Assembly (NCBI GenBank): GCA_943704425.1
Contig: CALSCP010001679.1
Location: 83,430 to 147,429 of the forward strand
Origin: Ministeria vibrans ATCC 50519
Taxonomy: Eukaryota > Protista > Filasterea
Length of the DNA stretch: 64,000 nucleotides
Direction of reading: 5' to 3'
This document shows positions 23,467 to 34,800 of the stretch, in pieces. The notes beneath the pieces were generated by a model. It worked only from the letters and a program-made list of their open reading frames with translations, was not told the DNA's origin and ran no database searches. A program made the position numbers and the translations under genes. How positions within the stretch are numbered: the stretch's first letter is position 1; each line of letters begins with the position of its first letter.

Positions 23467-26400
23467 CGCCGTGGCCACCGCCTGAGCTAGCTCATCGGAC
23501 GAAAGCGCACGCCACGACACTACGTCGTCGTCGCTGCTGGCACGCCCCACCGCATAGCGAATGGCCACAATCGGACTCGCACTGTCCGCCACAGAGCCAA
23601 TGGAAAAGAGGGGTACACAGTGCGACGCGTTGCTCGAGCCTAGACCAGGCACACGCACCGCCTCCGCGCAGTTCAGAGTCACCGCGTCAGCACTGGTAAA
23701 GTCCACACGGAACGACCCCGTTCCATTCGACGTGCCGCAGTCGCCACAGTGACTACACACCGTCGCCACCAAAGTACACTCATCGCCGTCACTCAACACC
23801 TCTGCCAGCGGCATATGCGTCTCCGTCACCAGACCCGTCGCCACAACACCACTCTCCACCGGCACCTCGATACGTCCCGAGATGGAACACTCCACAGCAA
23901 CAGACCAGTTGGCAGCGCGAGCACACGCGCACGAGCGCACACCCATTTTCACAGTGTCCCATCGCACTCGCAACCGATCCGTGTCACGCAAATACCCATC
24001 ATCTTCGTTCACTCCCACCATACTTGCGGACACATTCACCGTATTGCACGCTGCCACAATGGACGACGACGTCACGTTGTGCCGCACAGCACCACCGACG
24101 CCATTCACAACCCGCACCTGCAAAGAGTACGTGTGACAGGCACGCACAAACTCGCTCACGGCCGTCATCGAGTACACAGACGCCTCAACACTCTCCGACA
24201 ACACAACCCACTCGGAGACTTCATCCACGCCTACCAGTCGCACCGACACCTGTGCCACACCCGACTCCACATCACGCGCGTCCAACTCAAGCATCACATC
24301 ACTCGTGGCATTCTCCAGCACACACTGCGTCGAACCAAACAACCGGGCGCGCAGCACCACGGGCACGGTCCAGTCAAGGACCACTGCTCCCTCAGGACGC
24401 AACTCGCCATTGACCACGGGCAACGCTCGTGTCGTCGACTCCTGCTCGCTCACCGTACACACACACACCCACGTATCGCCATCGTCGGTCGCACTTGCAC
24501 AGGGGCCACAGCCACCAACAACAATCTCTCCATCGCGCTCACGCACAAGATTCACCGTCAGACTCGCGTCTGTGGTCACGACAGTCACGTTTACCGCCAC
24601 CTCGCCCGTCTCAAGCAAACGCGACTCGCTTTGCACCGACAACACTGTCTGTGACACGCGAGACGTTGGTGCCACAGGCGCACCTGCACTCTCAAGCACG
24701 CCCACCAGTCCCGCAGCGTTGGTTGCCGTGCACGACACCGTCGTTGACCCATTCACGCCCGACACACGCACAGGACCCAGTGTCAGTCCATGGCCCACAT
24801 TGCTGCGTCCATCTCCGCGCATCGGTCGCATCGGCACACGTCCCACAAGACTGCCCGCGTCCGTCTGGCACACATACGCAAGCATGCCGCTCTCCTCGTC
24901 CGCACATCCATTGACAAACGCCGTCAACGAGTCCGCACTGGCAATCACCGTGTGCACTCGAGAGTCGCTGCAATTGGGCGCGGTCGTGTCCAGCAACAAC
25001 TGTACCACCGACGCGTCACTGATACGCCCTGCCTCATCCACAGCCACCACCTCGACGCGGTACACTTCCCCTTCGCTTGCAAGCACCGTCGAAGGCACAG
25101 GCCATTCGACACGGCCACCAAAGCGACGCGACGCCGTCACCACACCCGCACTGGTAGATGCAGTCGTTGTGCCCGTCACTGCGCTCACAACGCGCACCCT
25201 GTACTCAAGCACGCTGCTCACGTCGTCCGCAAACGCATCCCACACAAGTGTCAGAGCGGAGGCATTTGACGCGACAAACACACGCTCGCCACTCTCGTCG
25301 ATGTGCGCACGTAGCCACGAAACTCCCTGTGCGCAAGAGAGAGGTGACGTGGCATGCGGTGCAGCTGTGTCGATCCACAACGGAATGCTGGTGACCGAAC
25401 GAGCATAGAGCTGGGCCACGTTGCGCACAAGGAATGTCACATAGAGCGCCTGTGCTTCGGGAAGTCGTTCAAATGCGTCGGTCGTCACCACTGTGCCTGC
25501 ACACGTCAATGTCTGTCCTGCCGACGCCGTCACGGTCCAGGCAAGCGCATCACCTGTCAATTGCGCACCGCCGGCCGCCGAACCAATCATAACGAGACCA
25601 TCCACCAGCGCCGAGTCAACGTCTCCAACATGGTTCACGCACACGCTAAGTTGCGTCGCATTGCCATCGTGGCGCAGGTACACTGCCGAGTCGCTCGCAA
25701 CCACATTTTCCATGACACTCGTGCGCCACTGCGCCTGGCCAATCGTCGGCGCCGTTGTGTCGATCACTAGCGCACCCGAAAGCACACGTCGACACCCGCC
25801 GGCGCCGTTGCACGCCACGACAAACGCACGCAAGCGATGCCCATGCGCCAAAACTGGCAGGTCGCTGGGAACACGCAATGCGAGCTCGGTGCGCAGTTGG
25901 ACATCGCGCGCGTACGCCACGGTCCACACAAGCGACCCGTTGGCATGCTGCGTGCCATCGTTCTGCTCAACTTGCACAGAGAAGGCCGCAAGCGGACTCG
26001 CTCCCCCCGACTCAAACAGGTCCCAGCGCACCACTATCGAGTCTGCTTGCGCCTGGCCCACCTCGGCCAGGTCACGCGTGGCATTTTCGCGACGACGCAC
26101 CTCGGCACGGTCCACCGGCACAAAGAAAACGCGTCCTCCGAGGACACCCGCGTCGTCGTGTGTCAGCGCAATGCGCTCGCGAGTAGACACGGTCATGTTG
26201 GCACGATTGGTCGCGTGCAACATCGAATACACCGTCGTACCGGTGATGTTCACGTCGGTACGGTACACTGGTGATGAGGTCGTGGCCGGATTCACATCAA
26301 CGCACGCCTGTGCATCAAGCCCCTCCATACACCAACGTAAACTCGCCAGTCCCGTCTCATCGTCCGCCGCCTCAAACCGCAACCCAACACGAGTCGCGTC

Positions 26401-29400
26401 GCGCGTCCAACGACCCGACACATGCGACACTCCCGTCAACGTGGGTGCCGTCGCATCCGCCACAAACCCATCCGAGGCACGACGCGTCTCCAGACCCCCA
26501 CCATTCACCGCACGCAACCACACATAGTAGCGTGTGCCACTCACAAGCGAGTCGGTGGCAAAGGTTGTCGACAGTGCATACACAGACGCGGCCGGAGTCC
26601 ATGCAATGGCAAAGGCCGACTCGGCAACCGCCACCGTGTGGGGGTCGCTCAGCGTGGTCACAGCAAAGTCGAGACTCACAATGCCCGTTTCGTTGTCGGC
26701 CACCGAGTCCCACGCCACAGTTGTCAGCACTCCCGCACCGACTGCCAAAAACTCCGCATCGTGCAATGCGCCAATGACCGGAGCTGTACTGTCCAGTACT
26801 GCCCCGTCCGATACCACCGCCACAGCGGCCCACAGGCCCGCACCATTGGCAGCACGCACCGAACACGCATAGGCGCGGCCCTCGTCAAGCGACGCACTGC
26901 CAAACGTCACACTCGTCGCTGTGCCCGTCAGCTTCTGCACAGCAACACTCGGCTCGTTGCTCCACGACGCCACCTGTAGCCCCAGGGTGTCACCTCGCAA
27001 CAGTGTCACTTCAACATGCATCACCTGCGAATGTGCGTCGGTAAACAGCGTCGCGGGCCAGCGGCAGGAATACGACGACGCGTCCATAAACCAGTTGCGG
27101 TCGTGCACGCCAAGCCCATCAGCGACGGTCAGACCCGTCGCAATGACGGGCGCGCTCGCGTCCACAAGCACGCCGTCGCTGTACGTCTGCGTACGCAATC
27201 CCGCCGTGTTGCGCAAGTCCAGCATACACCGATACCGCACGCCGTCGACAAGCGTCACGCCCGCAGAAAACACCGCCGTGCCATTAGGCAACTGACTTGC
27301 CGTCAGATTAAGCGCACCCAGTGCACACGACGACGCCTCCGTGCCCACACACACCGTGGCTCCCGCAAGTCCCGAGTGCACATCCTCAACGTCACGCCAA
27401 GCGCATGCCAACTGTGTGCTGTTCGTCTGTGTCTGCCTGTCCGCCATATCGTCGTCGTCACCGTCAACGAGTACACCAACCGTGGGGCGAGTCGCGTCGA
27501 CGAGCAGACCGTCCGTCACAACGGCACTCGTTGATTCCAGCGACGCTCCATTGCGTGCCCACACATGCGCATACACCGTGGTACCTGACGGTACACCGGC
27601 TCCCAGTGCCGGAGCACACAAACAGCCTTGAGCTAGCTCCTGCACGGTGGAGCTGGCCTCCGCCAGTGGCACACTCGCATCCACAGCGCTTGCACTCCAC
27701 ACCACATGGTAGCTCGCCACGGCCGACTGGGCATCGCCAAAGCCCGACCACGACACACACAAATGACTGCTGTTCGTCGACAGGTCAGCGTCCATCGCGC
27801 CACATCCGTCCCATGACGTGCCCGTCGTCGGTGGCGTCGTGTCCACCACTGCGCCATTCGACACGCTGCGTCGTCGCAGTCCCGCCCCATTCACCGCCCA
27901 CACCACCGTGTAGACAGTGTCGCCATCCGCAACGGCACCCGTCGCAAGCGACGTGGTCGCTGAAAGAGTTGTCACGGAATGCACCGCACCCAAATTACAC
28001 GCGTCGGACCCACTACTGTCCACGCACACCTGGTACTCGCTGATGCCCGACTCATCGTCAACACTCGCCTCCCACGACGCACTCACAGCGGCGGTGGACG
28101 GCACAAAGGCCAGGTCAGCACCGTTCGTCGCAGACGGTCGATCGTTCACAGAGAACGCTCCGGGTGAGGTCGTGTCCACTCGGAAGCAGTCCGAGTGAAC
28201 ACGTTCGCTCCAGACTTGCGCTCGCCCGCGCACCTGCACGCGCGTGCACAGCAAGCTCGAGTTCATGCCACCGAGAGCCGCGTTGGTCCAGGTGAACGAC
28301 AGGGGTGATGCACTCGCACTCACCACCGCCCAGTCGAGCACGAGACTCGCGGTAAGTTCGGTGCCACTCGTCACCGACACCCGATACGAATCGAGTGCAA
28401 ACGCATTGGCACTTGTCGCGGCCGTCCACGACGCCGTGAATGTATCTCCCTGCGACACATAGTCGGCGTCCGAGCCGGGGCACGACGCTGACATATCGCA
28501 CACCGACAGTGAGGACACATCGGGCAGCACATTGTCCACGTCGGCACCGTCCGTCATGGCCATCGTCGTCAGGCCTGCACCATTCTCCACCATCACCGTA
28601 GCGTACACGCGCTGTCCATTGGGCAGCGTCAAGCCAGTGAGTGTCGCACACGGCGTGTCATTCTCAACCAGAGTGAACGCCGCCAGCTGCATACCTCCCA
28701 TGCTTGTGCCCAACGCCACTTGCGCCCGCTCCATAAAGCCACTCTCAACATCTTCTGCATCCCAGCACACAGTGTACATTGAGACAAGCGGCCACACGTC
28801 CACGTCGTCCGACGCATCGAGGCCCAGCGACGTTGCATACGGCAAATCCACCACAAAGTTCACGGTGGGAGCAGTCGTGTCGGCCGTGACCAGCACACTT
28901 TGCGAGACCATACGCAAACCCGCCTCGTTCACGGCCGTCACCACAGCGCGGTAGCGTGTGCCGCTCACAAGCTGATGCCCGCAAAACGAGTTGAGATTGG
29001 TGCTCGCCGTCGGCGATGACACTCCTGCATCCGTCACCGCCTGTGTCGCCTCGTCAATCACGTGCACTGTGTACAGCACGTTGGTGTGTGGGTCCACTGC
29101 TTGTGTCCACTGCAGCGATACACAGTCAAGATCGCTCCAGCCCGTGACGCCCTCGTCCGCTCCGCGCACCCACGATACCGAAAAGTTTTGAGGGGGCGAC
29201 ACGTCCGCCACAAACCCATCGGAACACTTCTCGGCTGTGTGACCGACTGCATCGGTCGCACGCACACACACGGTGTAGAACGTTCCCTCGGTGAGCGACA
29301 CCTCGCTCAACAGCATGCCCACATTGGTGGCACTCAGCGGTAGCGACTCGGTGTGCACCGCAGCAGCGATGTTGGTGGCGGAGGGACGCGGGTGGACGCT

Positions 29401-31401
29401 CGCCGTGAGCGACACCACAGCGGTGCCCACGTCGCTTGCGGCCGCCGACCAATACGCATACACCCGCTCCGTGCTCACAACAAAGTCCACATCGCCACCG
29501 CCGACACTCGCGTCGGAACTATCCATCACATCGGTCAACAGAGGCGCTTGCAAGTCCACCAAAAGTGCCTCGGACGCAAGGTGGCCACTGTCGCGGCCCT
29601 GTTGCACGCCCGCCGACGACTCATAAAAGACGCTGAGTACCACTTCGACACCGTCGGCCAGGTTGAACAGGGTGCGCGTATGTGTTACGCACGCTGGCAA
29701 AGGGGTGAGTGCATTTGTGACGCGTGCACCCGCCTGACCATTAATGGCCGCTTCACAAGCGCCGCCGGTGCTCCCTCGATTTGCACACATCCAGTGCTCA
29801 ACGCCACCACAGTTCACCGCGAGACCACACCACGTGATGCTTGCCGAGGCAGACGTGAGCACTCGCGTCGGCAAGCCCGACAGCATTGTCGTCGTCAGCG
29901 GTGCCACGGTCACAGTCGATGCAGTCGTGTTGACGTGTGCCCGCAACGAAGCGTCCGTCGGACACATGTACGTCGCACCCGTACAGTACTCTTGCAGGTC
30001 ACAGGCGTCTGCGAGCGCACCACATAGCGTGCCGGCCGGCTGAAGCCCACGAGGCGGCGCGGTTGCCGACACACCATCGCAGTAGGCGTCAAGCTCGCAC
30101 TTGGATCGACGGGCGAGAGCGAGATGGTGCTCCGACGCGGATCGCAATGGATACGAGACGATCCCTCCACTGCTGTCACAGGTCGGGTCCTTTTCACACA
30201 CTTCAGGTGCACGCGGAGCATTGGTCACAAGTCCCGTGCACGCGTATTCGTCCTTGCACGTCTCTTCATAGGTGCACGAGAGCGCATCGACGCACGATGC
30301 GCCAATGAGCGGACAGTAGGAGAAACTTGGGTCGTGGGGTGCCTCGCACGCAGTGCCCGTGTACGACGGATTGCATCCATAGCACTGGCGCGCCGCTCCT
30401 GGTGCAATGCCCGCCGGGTCGCGCTGGCCTTGGGTGTAGCAGACGCCGTCAATGAGACAGCGGTCGGTGCGCACGCGCACCAGAGGTACATTCGTCCATA
30501 TGCCTCCCGTCGAGCAGGTCGGCGTGAGCGAGCCCGAGTACACCTCCATGCACTCACTGAGTACCGTAGTGGCAAACGTCACGGTGCCCGAGCACGACGT
30601 GGCCGTGCACGATGTCTCAATGGAAACGCAGTTGGGCGACAGTGCAGGACAGGCGACGGTCAGTGGAGGGCAGCAGGCACTGTGGCCCTCTGCAGCAATG
30701 TACGTCGCTGCACACGACTTGCACGCAGTGCCTGCCGTCGAATACTTTTGCGTGGAACACAGCGTACAGGAATCTGTACCACCGCTGCTGCTACGACCCG
30801 CCGCACAGTCGGTGCAGGAAGGTGCGATCGCAGGCGAGTACTTGTACATGGGACACGATGAGCAAACGGTCGCGCCTGCCGCCGCGTACATTCCTGGAAA
30901 TCAAAAAAAAAAATTAAAAAAAAACCACCATCTTATTACTCGTGCGAGAATGGAGAGACTATAATATTTGATATACCTGCAGTACAGTTGGTGCACGACG
31001 AAGCTTTGTCCAACGAAAATTTGCCTCCAGGACACTGCAAGCACGAACCGCTGATAGCCGGCGAATAGCGACCGCCTGTACAGTCAGTGCATCCCGAAGC
31101 AGCCGCCGGCGAATAGGTCCCTTCGGCGCAGCTCAAGCAGGACGAGGGGGTCCCGCCTGAAGAATATGTTCCGGCCGCACATCTGCAAAGGAGTGTGTGC
31201 AGTATGAGAGCAAAATTGACTTGTCTTTAGGCTTTCCACTGTTTGTGGCGTCAACGTACGAAGTACAGTAGGAGCAGGTCGAGGTACACTTAGAACCACA
31301 CGACTTGCAGCTCTTGCAGCCCCAGCACTTGGTCTTGGTGCACTTGTTACAGCTCTGTGCGTCCAAGAAACAGCGAGTCAGATTCGGTCAGACTCACTCT
31401 A

Positions 31402-31433
<32 letters not shown>

Positions 31434-31705
31434 GACATGTGTACCGAGGCACAGCAGTAGCGGCCCGTCTCATACTGTCCACTGGCACATCCAACGGCCC
31501 GCTGTTCGCGAGACAGCGCCCATTGCTCCGAAGGGAACTGTCCAAAGCCAAAGAGCGTTTCGCCGTCGTCGACGTGTTCGTCGACGCGCGTGTGAACCAC
31601 GCCCTCCCTCGCCAGCCCAGCCTGCTCCTCGCCCCCGCCGTCGCCTTCACCCCTTGCCATGGTCACGACAAGCGCCCCAAGGACAACCGTAGCCACCCAG
31701 CGCAT
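21238..31705 (-). CDS. Giant secreted protein (~3405 aa): signal peptide, Cys-rich CxxCxxGxY (TNFR/ephrin-receptor-like) repeats, disintegrin-like units and ~20-25 FN3/Ig-like repeats; exons 31705-31445, 31354-31260, 31182-30977, 30893-21238
   Basis: Signal peptide MRWVATVVLGALVVTMARG. Repeats such as CAAGTYS/CTGGRYS, then CLIDGVCY and CGALADACDLQEYCTGATYMCPTD. Recurrent W..x.D.ESG / NGAGL / SDG..vDxTxP units. No C-terminal TM. Exons sum to 10218 nt, in frame. Confidence 0.85.
23428..23464 (-). repeat. (TCG)n coding microsatellite, poly-Ser
   Basis: About 12 GAC units on the + strand. Confidence 0.9.
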
Positions 31706-31892
31706 CGTGTTTCTTCACAAGAATAAAATTGGCGAGATTTTTGCGCGGAAAGATTCGATTATTTTTTTGCATCACGCGATCTTCATCTCTTATCTATCAC
31801 GCAATAACTTCCATAGTTCAGTATTGACTGATATATTAATTTCTTCTTCGATCCACCCACTGGAGCTTCGCCAGCTTGCCCGATCACGTACC
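31706..31892. promoter_or_regulatory. Putative bidirectional promoter between the two giant genes
   Basis: 187-bp AT-richer spacer between two divergent signal-peptide start codons (31705 on -, 31893 on +). Inferred from layout only. Confidence 0.6.
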
Positions 31893-34800
31893 ATGCGGCT
31901 GGCGTTCCTCTGGCTGCTTGCTGTGGCGCAGTGCAGCGTGGTTGTCGTCGCACATATTTGTCAGCCGTGTGAACCAATCGCCTCGTTCGACTACCACTAC
32001 CGCCAGCAAGGCGGCCTCTCGGGGGCTGCGTGGCACTCACGTGGTGCGGGCGATGTCGCGGTGTCGTGTGTTGCCCACGACCCGGCGCGTGGACTCTGCA
32101 CTGTCGCCGTTGACGTCGCCAACCTTGTCGTCGAGATGCACGCCCACGCTGCCGCCCCTGCGCCCGCCGCGACCCCCCACGCCCGTCGAGACGCTCGTCT
32201 GTACAACATGCCAACGCCTCCGGAGCTCCCGCTCGTCCTATCGACGCCTGCAAAGGCCGCACAGAAAGTCGAGCAAATGCGCCGGGCCATAGACGACGAG
32301 CTGGAGCTCTACCACGACTATATGGCCGCCAGCTTCTCCGTGCGACTCGACACCACGTTGGATGCGGTTCACTCGATTGAAGACGATGACGATGACGCGC
32401 CCGTCCGCTCCGAAGACGACAAGGTGCCAGCGCGCATCCGTCGTGCACGTCGCTCCCTCCGTGCTCACGTAGCCTCTCTGCTTCCCTCCTACCTCCAAGA
32501 CGCGCCTTCTTCGTCCGCCTCCCACGATGATGATGACACTACTTCTCACCATGCGGACGTGTTTGGACGCTATCGTCGTGACACCATTGAGCCCGAGAAG
32601 TGCGACGACAACACTTGTCAACACCACTTTCGTCGTGTGTTTCCCTCGCTTGCCTGGGACCGCGATAGCACTCAGCGCGTCACGGTCGACCGTGAAACAC
32701 GACTCCTCAAAGAGTCCGTACGCACCGACATCTTCACAATGCGACACAAACACGAAGCGTCCTCAACACCACCGCGCGACCACGATCGCTTTGACGCACT
32801 ACACGCACGGCTTCACGCACGCAGCTCCGGTCAGGGCGCCTACTCGAGCCCAGACGACACCGTCGACTACGAAGACGAAGAAGCAGCGGGTGGTTCCAGT
32901 GCAAAGACAGCCACCAATCATCATCATGTGGTGACTACATGGCACCAGGCGTCTCTTGTGCACATTGGCTCGCGGCCCACATCACGCCGCAGCTCTGACT
33001 CATCCTTCTCGACTCCCTCGCCCGCCTCTCGCTGGACTCATCTTGCCGACATGGTCGACACATCGCCCGAATTTGAGGGCATGCCCGCACACACCTGCGA
33101 GAACTGGCTGGTCGACGGTGGCGGTGTCACCGGCCCACGCGTTCACAGCATCTTCTCGCTGCTGTTGCACCCTGAGAAGGCTGCCGACGAAGACGCCCTT
33201 GCCGAACTCGCCTCGGAGACTACAGCACTTCTTGCGTGCGTCCCTGGCTCGCCCAGCGCCCTTGCACAGCTGCTCCCGTGTCACTCGGCACGCTCACTCG
33301 AGTCCGACGGCTTACCCGTCGTCACACGCGACCTCCTTGTGGGAGCGTTCATCACGTGCGCCACCAACGAGTGCCAAATGGAGCTCGCCGAGCTCCTCGA
33401 TTGCTCGGTGGACGCTGCCCTTTCCAATGCGTCCTTTCCTTTTGAGTACACGGTGGACCGTGGCGCGTACGGACGCGCTGGCTCCTCTGCCACGGCTGGT
33501 CCGTGGGCCGTTTTCCTCGAGTCCACACAACATCAGCTATTCAACTTACCCCGTGCACCCATCCCGTCTCTTGCACGCGCTATCCTCAGCGTGGCCACTC
33601 TTCACATCCAGCTGTTTACCGATCTTGTTGCCATGTCCTGGCAACTCGTGGGTCACTCGGCACGCACCGCCTGTGGCAAAGACGCCCACAGCGACGTGTG
33701 TCTCTCACTGGTCACCTCCATTACCGACGCCTCGTCGTATCTCAGCACCGTGCCCGCGAGTGCCGCCGACGAAGTTGTCACTGCGAATATCCTTGGTGCT
33801 GCAGCCGTTGTCGGTCGCGACCACCACCCACGTCTCATTGGTGTGCTGACACACCACTTGAGCTCGCACGAGTCTACTTTTGTGCGCCGCGCCGCTGTAG
33901 AGGCTCTCAGTCGCGACCATGCTTCTGTTGACGTTCAACGGCTGCTCATCTACACGGCGGCAAACTTCAGTCAGGTGAGCCTCGTGCGCAAAATCGCAGC
34001 CGAGTCGCTCCGTACCACCGTCACCGAGCCTGAACTGGTCACGCTGCTGCACGACACACTTGTGAAGGTGCACGCCGATGCACTCGTTGAATCCATGGCG
34101 CTGCATCGTCGCGACAGAGCCCACTTTACCGGCGCGCTCCACGGCGAGGCACCCTCCACCGAAGTCGTGTGCACCCTTGCGCGCACCATCACCGTTCATG
34201 TCGACAAATCCGCAGACGACACCGCTGCCAGTGACGCCATGATGCACTCTCTCAAGAGACGTGTCGCTCTCATGTCGTACAACCGCGAACAGGCTCTTTC
34301 GGTGGCCGCAGACGCGTCGCGCTCCGTCGCCGTTGTGGACTCCCTCACGCGTCAGCGTCGCGACCTCTATGACTTTCTCAAGGCAGTGCGCATCCCGGAA
34401 CGCATCGAACCTCTTCTCGACATCCGCCTCTCCTACTACAAGCTGTGGAACAAGGACATTGGCAATCCTCAGGTGGGTCTGCGTCTGCGCGCCGACGCAC
34501 GCAACCTCGTCAAGTTTGTCATTGACATCTTTGGCGTCGATTTTACGGTGAGCCTTGACAACTTTGTCGAGGCACGTGCCTACGTGTTCACGTACGAGAA
34601 GATTCTTGCCGACGCTCGTGCCATCTTCAAGGCCCAGTTTGTCTTGCTCAATCCACTCATCAGTCTCCTTGAGATTCCCCTTGATGTTGGCCGGGGTACC
34701 GTCCAGTCTGTTGCCACTCGCACCGTCGGTTTCCTCGCCAAATGGCTCGACCGTTTGCGCGAATGGCTCATCTCCACGCTCGGCGATCTCTCCCGCATCC

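Noticed and set aside
31659-31892. Upstream 78 codons of the 9043-aa ORF
   Set aside because: They overlap the start of the opposite gene and cross the AT-rich spacer. The signal peptide begins at the ATG at 31893.
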